A DNA stretch of 64,000 bases from Anaerolineaceae bacterium (GTDB lineage: Bacteria; Chloroflexota; Anaerolineae; Anaerolineales; Anaerolineaceae): assembly GCA_016841445.1 (NCBI GenBank), contig JAENZD010000003.1:31212-95211 (forward strand), written 5' to 3'. Within the stretch, counting starts at the first letter, position 1. Every line of letters begins with the position of its first letter. Both the position numbers and the translations under genes were made by a program. Shown piece by piece: positions 1 through 9,948 of this stretch. The notes beneath the pieces were generated by a model, which did no database searches, was not told the origin of the DNA, and saw nothing but the letters and a program-made list of their open reading frames with translations.

Positions 1-861
<861 letters not shown>

Positions 862-880
862 TTTTGATTATTGATAGTGG

Positions 881-1032
881 GTAGAGGCGTGGCACGCCTC
901 GCCCAACATTGATATCCTTTGTTGAAGTGGTTGTTTGGTTCCCGAAATTTTACAAGCCAAATGTGATTTTTGTTCGAAAAGACGGGCAAACACAGCCCAT
1001 TTCGTGGGGGCTGCGCACAGGTTTTCCCCTAC
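881..1032. repeat. Inverted pair of degenerate GTAG-type REP-like elements (REPIN-like)
   Basis: GTAGAGGCGTGGCACGCCTCGCCC from 881; GGGCAAACACA...GGTTTTCCCCTAC ending at 1032 (GTAG on minus strand); resembles the 28-bp palindromes at 58307 and 58370. Confidence 0.55.
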
Positions 1033-1075
1033 GCGCGAGCGAGCGGCATAAACTAACTCTTGGTGAATATATTTT

Positions 1076-1181
1076 CCCTCATCCCTCACGTCGTTGTACC
1101 TCCTCAGGGCAGGCCGTCACGCCTGGCGGCGTGCCACCTTCCCCTGCACCTGAAGGTGTTCCGCTTTGCTTCAGGGAAGGC
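1076..1181. repeat. Composite nested palindromic element
   Basis: CCCTCATCC start; stems CACGCC/GGCGTG (1118-1133), CCTTCCC/GGGAAGG (1137-1143/1174-1180), inner CCTGAAG/CTTCAGG; lies between convergent uvrB and dtd. Confidence 0.5.
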
Positions 1182-1248
1182 TTTTTAACCCAATTCCTAA
1201 ACACCTGCTACCTGATACCTAATCGACCATCCCCCACTCACTGTTCAC

Positions 1249-1686
1249 CTAAAGTTCCATCACAATGGTGACCGGGCCGTCATTGATCAACTGGACGTCC
1301 ATGTGTGCGCCGAAGACGCCGGTTTGGGTTGGAATGCCCCGATCCGCTAAAAATGCTGCAAATGTGTCCACAAGAGGTTCAGCCAGGCTTGGTTTGGCTG
1401 CGCCGATAAAGGAAGGGCGGCGGCCGCGGCTGGTATCTGCGAACAGGGTGAACTGTGAGATCACAATGGCAGCACCACCTACATCCCGTATGGAGAGGTT
1501 CATTTTATCGTCGTCATCATTGAAAATCCGCAGGTAAGAGATCTTATCAGCCAGCTGTTCGGCAATCTCCGCTGTATCTTCAGGTCCTATCCCCAGCAAA
1601 ATAACCATTCCACGCGTAATATCAGCCACAGTCTCGCCATTGACAATGACCTGACCCTGTTTTACTCGCTGAATGACTGCGCGCAT
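1249..1686 (-). CDS. dtd: D-aminoacyl-tRNA deacylase
   Basis: MRAVIQRV start, SQFTL motif, NDGPVT C-terminal motif. Confidence 0.97.
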   Translation of the reverse strand: MRAVIQRVKQGQVIVNGETVADITRGMVILLGIGPEDTAEIAEQLADKISYLRIFNDDDDKMNLSIRDVGGAAIVISQFTLFADTSRGRRPSFIGAAKPSLAEPLVDTFAAFLADRGIPTQTGVFGAHMDVQLINDGPVTIVMEL

Positions 1687-1701
1687 GAATTACTCCGTTA
1701 T

Positions 1702-1764
1702 AGTTGGTGGCTGGTGGTTGGTAGCTGATAGCTAAAAGCTAAAAGGTGAAAGGAAATAGCTGAA
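1702..1764. repeat. Degenerate heptamer tandem repeat, 9 units
   Basis: agttggt ggctggt ggttggt agctgat agctaaa agctaaa aggtgaa aggaaat agctgaa. Confidence 0.75.
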
Positions 1765-1989
1765 TGCTCATCGTTGATAGTATCAAATAGTAAAGCAAAC
1801 TGACTTTTAGAATCTGTCATAGATTATAGCATTGTTATTCAGGCTTCATAAATAGGACAATAAATCAGATCAGGTTGATAAAAACGAACCCTGGTCACCT
1901 AATCCCAGATTGCCTCGTTGCCTAAAGCCCGATTCCTATTCCCTTCCTCTCCATTCACTATTCACCATTCCATACGCTATAATCAGAAT

Positions 1990-3138
1990 ATGTTAACATC
2001 ACTAACCAACACTGAACTGGTTTGGGTAGACCAACCCCAAAAACTAGTTGAAATTTCGAAAGAACTCCAAACGCAAGATATCCTGGCTGTGGATACCGAA
2101 TCCAACAGCCTGTATGCGTACAAGGAACAGGTTTGCCTGGTTCAAATCTCATCCAGTGAGAAGGATTACCTGATTGATGCTCTGGTACTGCCGGATCTTT
2201 CAGCACTGGCACCGATCTTTAGCTCAAAAAAGCTTCTGAACGTTTTCCACGCTGCAGAATATGACCTGATCTGTATGTTCAGGGATTATGGATTTCGTTT
2301 CAATTTTCTTTTTGATACGATGATTGCAGCCAGGACGCTTGGATTCAATCATATTGGCTTAGGTTCACTGCTGGAAAAATATTTTGGCGTGCAGGTCAAT
2401 AAAAAATACCAGCGAGCCAATTGGGGAAAGCGCCCACTCAAGGCTGATATGCTTGAATACGCGCGCTTGGACAGCCATTACCTGATTCCGCTGCAGGAAA
2501 AACTGCGGTTAGAACTTGAAGAAGCTGGACGATGGGAACTGGCGCTGGAGGATTTCAGGCGGCTGACCCAAAATATCGAGGATACCACTGAATCCAGCGA
2601 AGAAGACTTCTGGAAACTGCGAGGTGCACGCGATCTAAATCCCCAGCAAGCAGCTGTGTTGAAATCAGTCTATCAATTCCGGGAAACTAAAGCAGAAGAA
2701 CAGGACAAGCCCTCTTTTAAGATCTTCAGCAACCAGGCTATTGTTGATATTGCACAAAACTGTCCCAATCAAAGAGATGATCTTGCCTGCTTATCATCTC
2801 TCAGTGAAAGAGTTGCCCAACGTTACAGTAAAGGGCTGATCCGCGCAGTCCGGGAGGGGCGATCTGCGCCACCAGAATACCCGCCGCATTACGAACGGCC
2901 CGAAAACGGGATTCTTAACCGCATCGAGGAACTGCGTGAATGGCGAAAGATTACAGGGCGGAAGATGGGGGTGCCCTCGGATGTGATCCTGCCGCGGGAT
3001 GTACTTAATCGGATTGCCTGGGCTGAGCCTGACACTATCGGTGAGATCAGAGAAAATATGAAGGACGTCCCTTTTCGCTTCGAACGCTTTGGTGAGGATA
3101 TTTTAAAGGTTCTTAGAAATGGAGCTAGCCAGTTATGA
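1990..3138 (+). CDS. rnd: Ribonuclease D (DEDDy exonuclease plus HRDC domains)
   Basis: AVDTESNS, FHAAEYD, FDTMIAA, ANWGKRPL and YARLD motifs; C-terminal HRDC-like region; start placed at ATG 1990, 6 nt after TATAAT. Confidence 0.9.
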   Translation: MLTSLTNTELVWVDQPQKLVEISKELQTQDILAVDTESNSLYAYKEQVCLVQISSSEKDYLIDALVLPDLSALAPIFSSKKLLNVFHAAEYDLICMFRDYGFRFNFLFDTMIAARTLGFNHIGLGSLLEKYFGVQVNKKYQRANWGKRPLKADMLEYARLDSHYLIPLQEKLRLELEEAGRWELALEDFRRLTQNIEDTTESSEEDFWKLRGARDLNPQQAAVLKSVYQFRETKAEEQDKPSFKIFSNQAIVDIAQNCPNQRDDLACLSSLSERVAQRYSKGLIRAVREGRSAPPEYPPHYERPENGILNRIEELREWRKITGRKMGVPSDVILPRDVLNRIAWAEPDTIGEIRENMKDVPFRFERFGEDILKVLRNGASQL

Positions 3139-4538
3139 GATTGACGATCCATGGCGCAGCCCATACCGTGACCGGTTCGAAATACATCATCGAAATCAAT
3201 AATAAAAAACTGCTGCTGGAATGCGGTTTATTCCAGGGCAAACGCAAGAAAACGTATGAGTACAACCTGAATTTTGATTTTGATCCAAATGACATCGATG
3301 CGGTGATTCTTTCCCATGCCCATATTGACCACAGCGGCAACCTGCCGAATTTAGTCAAACAGGGCTACAGGGGGCCGATTTACGCCACGCATGCGACCCG
3401 TGACCTGGCGGATATTATGCTCAAGGATTCGGGTCACATCCATGAGTACGATGTTAAATATGTTAATAATCGCAGGGCAAAAAAGGATCTTCCCCCTGTT
3501 GAACCCCTTTACACAATGGCAGACGCTGCCCGAACGATCCCTTTGTTCCATGGCGTTGCTTATAATGAACCCTTCGAGCCTGTTCCCGGTGTTAGCGCCA
3601 GGTTCATTGAAGCCGGTCATATCCTGGGCTCGGCTGCTGTGCTGCTGGACCTGGAAGAGGATCACAGGAAAACCCGATTCTGGTTCTCGGGGGATATTGG
3701 ACGCCCGGATAAGCCGCTGCTGCGAGATCCGGTTCTGCCGGGTGGTTATGATGTTGACACCATGATGATGGAATGCACCTATGGGGACCGACCTCATGAC
3801 AATATTAATGAAGTTTATGAGGAATTTCGCCAGGTTGTAAAACAGACCATTGAGCGAGGCGGAAAAGTTATCATCCCGTCTTTTTCAGTTGGGCGAACGC
3901 AAACACTGGTTTATTTATTGAATCAGCTCATATCTGAAGGTGAATTACCAAAAATACCCGTGTTTGTTGACAGTCCTTTGGCTGTATCGGCATCGGAGAT
4001 TTACCGCCGCCATCCTGAGTGTTTTGACCAGGAAACCTGGGATTTTATCTCCAAACACCGTCACCCGGCGCTGGATTTTGACCAGTTGACCTATACGCAT
4101 TCTGTTGAAGAATCAAAGGAACTGAACTATCGGGAAGACCCGATAGTGATCATCAGCGCTTCGGGGATGGTAGAAGCAGGCAGGATACTGCATCATGTCA
4201 AAAATAATATCGATGACGAGCGTAATACCATCCTGATCGTCGGTTGGCAGGCACCCCATACGCTTGGGCGACGGTTAGCTGATCGGGAGCGTGAAATCAG
4301 GATCTTTGGGGAAGAATATTACCGAAAGGCACAGATTGAAACGATCAACGGTCTTTCAGCGCATGCCGGGCAGGGCTTACTGGTGGACTATGCCCGTTCG
4401 GTCGCAGGACAGGCAAAAAAGATTGTCCTGATCCATGGCGAGGAAGACGCAGCAGAGACATTAAAAGAAATGCTGGGGGTTGATAAGAATATACCGCCTA
4501 TTTTCTTCCCGGAGCGGTTGGACTCGTTTGAGCTCTAA
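3135..4538 (+). CDS. MBL-fold beta-CASP RNA-processing nuclease (YSH1/TTHA0252-like)
   Basis: HAHIDH, AGHILGS, FSGDIG, ECTYG, FSVGRTQ, SASGM, SAHA and HGE motifs; 4-nt overlap with rnd. Confidence 0.92.
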   Translation: MRLTIHGAAHTVTGSKYIIEINNKKLLLECGLFQGKRKKTYEYNLNFDFDPNDIDAVILSHAHIDHSGNLPNLVKQGYRGPIYATHATRDLADIMLKDSGHIHEYDVKYVNNRRAKKDLPPVEPLYTMADAARTIPLFHGVAYNEPFEPVPGVSARFIEAGHILGSAAVLLDLEEDHRKTRFWFSGDIGRPDKPLLRDPVLPGGYDVDTMMMECTYGDRPHDNINEVYEEFRQVVKQTIERGGKVIIPSFSVGRTQTLVYLLNQLISEGELPKIPVFVDSPLAVSASEIYRRHPECFDQETWDFISKHRHPALDFDQLTYTHSVEESKELNYREDPIVIISASGMVEAGRILHHVKNNIDDERNTILIVGWQAPHTLGRRLADREREIRIFGEEYYRKAQIETINGLSAHAGQGLLVDYARSVAGQAKKIVLIHGEEDAAETLKEMLGVDKNIPPIFFPERLDSFEL

Positions 4539-4590
4539 CCTTGTTGTACCGGATGTGAATATCTTCGAGTATAATGGATGCCTGCAGTTT

Positions 4591-4678
4591 GGAGAGGTGC
4601 CAGAGTGGACGATTGGGGCGGTCTCGAAAACCGTTGTAGCCCTTGGGGCTACCGAGGGTTCGAATCCCTCCCTCTCCG
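4591..4678 (+). tRNA. tRNA-Ser(CGA)
   Basis: Acceptor GGAGAGG/CCTCTCC, anticodon loop CT-CGA-AA, long variable arm, GGTTCGAATCC T-arm; TATAAT at 4570-4575; CCA not encoded. Confidence 0.96.
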
Positions 4679-4708
4679 CTGAATGATCAGCAATAGGTAT
4701 TGAAAAAC

Positions 4709-4740
4709 ACCGCATGCCTTTAAGCAAGCGGTTTTTGTTT
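4709..4740 (+). terminator. Probable intrinsic terminator after tRNA-Ser(CGA)
   Basis: ACCGC...GCGGT imperfect stem followed by TTTTTGTTT. Confidence 0.55.
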
Positions 4741-4963
4741 GTTATTTGTGGGATCGGGGAAAAGAATTATTCAATCATCAAGCAGGACAGGATAGAAATT
4801 TTGATTTGGCCTAATTGATAATTATCTTTTGACTATCTATTGGTTTTGATTCTGTTACGAGATAGGCAAAATTTAAAATTGAAACAAAAATTGATTTTCA
4901 AGCAGATAGGATTTACAGATAGCAACTGAAAATCTGGTCATACGAAACGATACACCGTGTTAC

Positions 4964-5857
4964 TTAATGCCTGTTCCGTGGAACGATAACACTCAAAGTT
5001 TGTTTTGTAATCCGAAAGGTCACAGGCGTCTGCCCCTGAAGGTCACCATCCGCCTGAAAATCGATTGATCGGTTTGTTGAAATGGTGACCTGGTCATTGA
5101 CAGGCCAATAATGCAGGTGTGGCGCAATCCTGGGTTTGCCGATCAAGCGAAAAGTGATGATACGCAGAATATCCCATAATGTTTTTGATCGGATGGTATA
5201 TAAATCTAAAATTCCATCGTCGAGTTTGACGTCTGCATCAAGATTTTCGTCGATCACGCCAATTTGAGAGGTATTAAACAACGCGATTTCTGCTGCATTG
5301 ATATGGTGCTGATGTCCATCGAGCTCAATATGGAACCAAACAGGTTCAAAGCCCAAAATTTTCTGGATTCCCTTCCAAATGTAAGGGAGCCATCCCAATT
5401 ATTCTTTTTCTTGCCGGCTGACGGCCTCAACGGATTTTGCAGAAACCCCCATACTGCACTCGAGGATATAGTAACGGTCTTGATGCTGAATGACATCAAC
5501 TTTCTTTAAGGCGTTCTCTTGGAATAGAAGTTGGAAAGCATCTGATGGTTTTTCGGGGATGCCGAGCGCTGTGGCAAAGACATTGGCTGTACCAGAAGGT
5601 ATGATCCCAAGAGGAATATCCCTTTCTGCTAATTCGTCTACAACACCGGAAACTGTGCCATCTCCCCCGCACACCAGGAGGAGGTCAAAGCGGTTTTCAA
5701 GCGCTTTATGAACAATATTCTTTAAATCCTCTTCGCCGGTTTTCTCATAGAGGTCATAATCCCATTGATCCCTTGATTTTGCTACCTCGAGCATGGATTT
5801 TATTTGATCAGGGTCACTGTTGCCTGCAACTGGGTTCAAGATGACATAAGCTTTTAT
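4964..5857 (-). pseudogene. Diacylglycerol/lipid kinase family (YegS/BmrU-like), interrupted
   Basis: NPVAG, GGDGTV, PSGTAN and ADGDL motifs across two track ORFs in one frame, separated by a single TAA (5401-5399); AGGAGG followed 6 nt later by ATA at 5857 rather than ATG. Confidence 0.85.
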
Positions 5858-6171
5858 GATTGACCTCCTGAGTGAATAAGTGGATCATAACTTTGAAAAA
5901 TCTCGATTATTTCTACTGATTTGATTATATCCCAAAGGGTTTTTCTTCTGATTTGAAAAATTTTTCATGATGATTTTACAAATTTCGGGGTGGGTTGTTA
6001 AGATGTTGTTGAGGATTGCACCTCTAGACTCTTTTCAATAAAATTGGTATGTTTAAACCCTTGAATCATCCCAGGTCGGTCATTTATTATTAGAATCCGG
6101 TTTTTAATACGATTCAATGAGGTTCATCGAATGGGACATTTATTAGCTCCATCATCTTTGGAGGTAGTGCT

Positions 6172-7281
6172 GTGAAATCTGAACAGTCTGCTCATCGTGA
6201 AAATAAACGCTCAACGAAAAATCGTCAAACAAATTGCCTCACGATTGGCTTTTTGGTGATATTGTCACTCCTTTTTATCCTTTCGAATATCCTGCTGGTG
6301 TTTAGTTTTAATATACAGCGGGTCGTTTTCAACCCTGAAACGCTCACACAATCTATCAATGATCGATTAATGAGCGATCATATGATTGAAAAATCTTTAT
6401 TTACAACCGCTCAAAATTCAGATAAAGTCAGCACACAGACATTGGATATTGGGTCACTGATCACAACAATGTCACCTGAAAACAGGGCGATCGTCCAGCA
6501 GCTGCTCTTCCCCGAAACATTTCTTTATGGTTTGGTTTCGACCAGTGTTGATGCGTTTCTCTTATGGGCGGACTCTGATATGCAAGGTTTACAATTTACC
6601 TGGGATATGACACCCCTAAAAAATCGTTTGGCAGGAGAAGAGGGTCAAGAAGTCCTGAAAATTGCAGCCAGATCTTTACCAGACTGCACCCCTGAAGAAA
6701 TGAATGACATCATCACCCAGATGATGGCCGATCCTTCTGCACCGATAAATTCTGACCGCTTATGCCGGTTTGCTGAGCCTTATAAAGATCAGCAGATGCA
6801 AATCTTCACTACTGCATTAAATGCGGTCAATGGCGGAATCTCACCATCATATACGGTGACCCCAATACAAGAGGGAGTGAGTAGTGCGGGGAGCACGAGA
6901 TTGATTAGAGGGATACTTGGTTTCATCCAGTTTTACGGACGTTGGGGATGGGTGGTTTCTCTTTCACTGCTCAGTCTGATCTTAATTATTGGTGTGCGCT
7001 CCCTGGATACATTGAGCGGCTGGGTTGGCATCCCACTGCTCCTCAGCGGGATTCTGGTCCTGACTTCCGCCGTCATTTCACGGATGTGGATTTTTAACCG
7101 ACTGAATGCCATTTTGACTACTAACCTATCCCCTATCTCAGCAGATCTCAGCAACAGCATCCTGAAAGGCGTCTCTGGTGATATTTTGCTGCCGATGATG
7201 TTCCATGGCATCATTCTGTTGGTGATTGGTGGTGTTTCGTTTGTCATCCTGGTCATCAGAAAAATCATGAAAGCAAAATAA
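6172..7281 (+). CDS. Hypothetical membrane protein (N-terminal TM, large soluble domain, about 3 C-terminal TMs)
   Basis: 369-aa ORF, GGAGG 7 nt before GTG, hydrophobicity pattern. Confidence 0.8.
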   Translation: MKSEQSAHRENKRSTKNRQTNCLTIGFLVILSLLFILSNILLVFSFNIQRVVFNPETLTQSINDRLMSDHMIEKSLFTTAQNSDKVSTQTLDIGSLITTMSPENRAIVQQLLFPETFLYGLVSTSVDAFLLWADSDMQGLQFTWDMTPLKNRLAGEEGQEVLKIAARSLPDCTPEEMNDIITQMMADPSAPINSDRLCRFAEPYKDQQMQIFTTALNAVNGGISPSYTVTPIQEGVSSAGSTRLIRGILGFIQFYGRWGWVVSLSLLSLILIIGVRSLDTLSGWVGIPLLLSGILVLTSAVISRMWIFNRLNAILTTNLSPISADLSNSILKGVSGDILLPMMFHGIILLVIGGVSFVILVIRKIMKAK

Positions 7282-7401
7282 CAAATAGGGAAGAATAGAT
7301 GTCTATTTTGATATAATAGAACAATCAACCCATTCAACAAAAGTGCCTTTATGGGTCCTTTGAAAATTCAGCGTTTATTAATTTAGGAAGGAAAACGGCA
7401 T

Positions 7402-7770
7402 ATGGAAATTGTTATTGCCATTATTGTTATTTTGGTTGGATTATTCCTAATCTCTCTGCCTGTCAAATTGGCTGCTTCTACGATGGGGGCAAAAAGAACG
7501 GGAACATTCTGGTGCCTGGTCGCGCTGGTGGCTGCGTCCATAATGCACGCTTTCGGATTGACGCTCCCTGTTGTCGGGACGATTATCGCATTCCTGTTAT
7601 CTTCTGTGGCATTTGCTGTCGTATTGGGAACGGGTTTCCTGAGAGGGATGGGGATTGCTGTCCTGCATATCATTTTTACAGCAATATTGACTGTGATCGT
7701 GGTAGCCATATTGGGCGTTGGGGTAGGATCAATTATGAGTTTTTCGGCAAATTTGCTTTCTTTCGTTTAA
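7402..7770 (+). CDS. Small hydrophobic multi-TM hypothetical protein
   Basis: 122 aa, about 4 hydrophobic segments, purine-rich SD, downstream terminator. Confidence 0.7.
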   Translation: MEIVIAIIVILVGLFLISLPVKLAASTMGAKRTGTFWCLVALVAASIMHAFGLTLPVVGTIIAFLLSSVAFAVVLGTGFLRGMGIAVLHIIFTAILTVIVVAILGVGVGSIMSFSANLLSFV

Positions 7771-7817
7771 GAATTATTCCGACCTTGATCTACGGGTTAA
7801 CATCGCAAAATATATTA

Positions 7818-7845
7818 AAAAACTCGTGCTGATGCACGAGTTTTT
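7818..7845. terminator. Bidirectional intrinsic terminator
   Basis: AAAAACTCGTGC-TGAT-GCACGAGTTTTT between the convergent ORF and tRNA pair. Confidence 0.85.
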
Positions 7846-7853
7846 CGTTCAGG

Positions 7854-7943
7854 CGGGGAGGGAGGGATTCGAACCCTCGGTTGAGCTAAACACCCAACAA
7901 CCACTTAGCAGGCGGCCCCATTCAACCACTCTGGCACCTCCCC
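7854..7943 (-). tRNA. tRNA-Ser(GCT)
   Basis: Acceptor GGGGAGG/CCTCCCC, loop CT-GCT-AA, long variable arm, canonical T-arm. Confidence 0.96.
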
Positions 7944-7976
7944 AGACATAAATAATACCCCACTTATTAATTAAGG

Positions 7977-8063
7977 CGGAGGGAGAGGGATTCGAACCCA
8001 CGGTGGGCGTGAACCCACACCTGTTTTCAAGACAGGCGCCATCGTCCACTCGGCCATCCCTCC
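7977..8063 (-). tRNA. tRNA-Ser(TGA)
   Basis: Acceptor GGAGGGA/TCCCTCC, loop CT-TGA-AA, long variable arm; one T-T mismatch in the T-stem. Confidence 0.94.
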
Positions 8064-8181
8064 AGAAGTCACATTTTACCACATGACACCGGATTAATAC
8101 TAGCATCATAGGGACGAGATGCAATAAAGCTATTGACCAGCCTCAGACAAAAAAGAAAACGTCAGGCGGGTGAAGAGCATT

Positions 8182-8790
8182 TTACGCCTGGAAAATATCA
8201 ATACTATCCCCATTATCTTGAACTAGGATATCTTTTGGCCGCCGGAGCAGCCAGAATGCAGTCAGAAAATCTCCGGGAGATGTGGCAAAATCCATCGCAA
8301 CCAGCAGCATTACGCCTGGAACCATGTTGAGGGGAACCAGCGGCAAGGCACCCAGGCCAAGGATGGTGACAATTAAAATGGGTAACAGTCGAATTATCAG
8401 GTACGCCCAGCGAGGCAGTAACCATTTTGATGCATAATCGGTTTGAAAGAAACCGCGCAGTTTGATCTTTGGAAGGCGGAGGGTTATGATTAGGAAGATC
8501 AAGCCGCGAATGCTTTCATTTAGGAGGATCATCAAGCCAAGGGATGCAACCAGCAGCAGTACCCCACGCCAGAACTCGCGCATTCCCGTAATTACCAGGA
8601 CATTTTCAGAAGAAAGGTATTCCGGCCTCAGCAGTGCAAGGCTCTGGACCAGCAGCCAACCTACCCCAAACAGGACACCTAAACCGACCAGGTTGATGAT
8701 CAACACCAGGCCGCGGTTTTCGTTCAAATCAAACTGATCAATCTTCTGATAGTCCTCAGGTAAATTTTGAAATGCAATACTCTTTTTCAT
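8182..8790 (-). CDS. DUF3267-like (putative zincin) membrane protein with degenerate HExxH
   Basis: Overall layout and C-terminal GD...D motifs fit the family; LNESIRG where LHExxHG is expected. Confidence 0.7.
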   Translation of the reverse strand: MKKSIAFQNLPEDYQKIDQFDLNENRGLVLIINLVGLGVLFGVGWLLVQSLALLRPEYLSSENVLVITGMREFWRGVLLLVASLGLMILLNESIRGLIFLIITLRLPKIKLRGFFQTDYASKWLLPRWAYLIIRLLPILIVTILGLGALPLVPLNMVPGVMLLVAMDFATSPGDFLTAFWLLRRPKDILVQDNGDSIDIFQA

Positions 8791-8835
8791 TGTTCCCTCT
8801 TTTTAAAAATAGGCTGATATTTGAACTTGCTTTTT

Positions 8836-9948
8836 TCAAGGTGCTGGCGTGTGGGTTGGCCAGGGTGTGATCGTGTATTGGGGGGGAATAAATTCAGTTG
8901 AGTTTAAATTTGAATCGGTGGTTATCGGTGAGAGGATGGGGGCGATATCCCCGGTTGGTTCCAATAAACCCGGATCATTGGCCATCGTGGGGGTCGGGGT
9001 TGGCATTGAATCTTGCTGCACCCTCCCGTTCAGAAAGCAAACAACCAATACAACCGCTGCGATTACAGTTATAAGAAGGATTAAAACCCCAAAACAACCG
9101 GCAGCCACCTGACGTTTCTTTGAGTCCTTGATCAGCTCATTCTTGGGTTGTGGTTGGATTAAAACCACAGTCGTGTTGTCGTAGCCCCCGCGCTGGTTTG
9201 CCAGCTCAATCAACATATCCGGTACTTGTGTTATGGGATTTGACTGAACAGCCTCAAAGATTTCATGGTCCGCTACCAAATCCGTCAGGCCATCACTGCA
9301 TAAAAGTAAAGTATCACCTGGTTTGATCTTCATTCCCTGGTTCTGAAAAGCATCGTTATCTTGTTCGCCTTCAAAGTACCAAAGCCTGAAATCGGGTTCG
9401 GGTGGTGATTTTGAACCCAGGTAGCGACGAATCACATGGGCATTGGGATGGCCCTCATAATCATCCCCATTAATGACGCCTGCATCGAGCGCTTCCTGGA
9501 CCCAGGTATGATCCGTCGTGAGCTGAATAATTTGCCCACGCCGTAATATGTAAATTCTCGAGTCACCGAGGTTTGCGGTATAGAGTTGATCTCCAATCAA
9601 CCAGGCAACAGCACAGGTCGCACCCATACCGGAAAATTTTGCATCAGTAAGAGAGGTTTGGAAGATAGCCTCGCCGGCTTTTGTCACAGCCGCTTGAATG
9701 GATGCCAACGGATCAGTCGGATCGCTGCCAGTGATCACCTCAGTGATGATTGAAACGCCCATTTCCGCTGCTTTTTCCCCTGCATGATGTCCGCCAATGC
9801 CATCACACAACACAGAAAGCAGGCAGGGAATTCTCTTTTCACCTGCCAAAAATGTTGTTGAACCATACCGATCTTCGTTCTGCTTCCCGGTTATTCCAGG
9901 GTGGGTGGCTGATTCAATTTTGAAGGAGAACTTCTGGGTATTTTTCAT
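8836..9948 (-). CDS. PP2C/PrpC-type Ser/Thr protein phosphatase with C-terminal TM and Thr/Pro-rich tail
   Basis: NED, CDGIGGH, ANLGDSR, LTTDH, CSDGL and DNTT motifs. Confidence 0.93.
   Translation of the reverse strand: MKNTQKFSFKIESATHPGITGKQNEDRYGSTTFLAGEKRIPCLLSVLCDGIGGHHAGEKAAEMGVSIITEVITGSDPTDPLASIQAAVTKAGEAIFQTSLTDAKFSGMGATCAVAWLIGDQLYTANLGDSRIYILRRGQIIQLTTDHTWVQEALDAGVINGDDYEGHPNAHVIRRYLGSKSPPEPDFRLWYFEGEQDNDAFQNQGMKIKPGDTLLLCSDGLTDLVADHEIFEAVQSNPITQVPDMLIELANQRGGYDNTTVVLIQPQPKNELIKDSKKRQVAAGCFGVLILLITVIAAVVLVVCFLNGRVQQDSMPTPTPTMANDPGLLEPTGDIAPILSPITTDSNLNSTEFIPPQYTITPWPTHTPAP

Noticed and set aside
909-1271. 120-aa ORF in the uvrB-dtd spacer
   Set aside because: Runs through palindromic repeats, has no family motif and overlaps the dtd end
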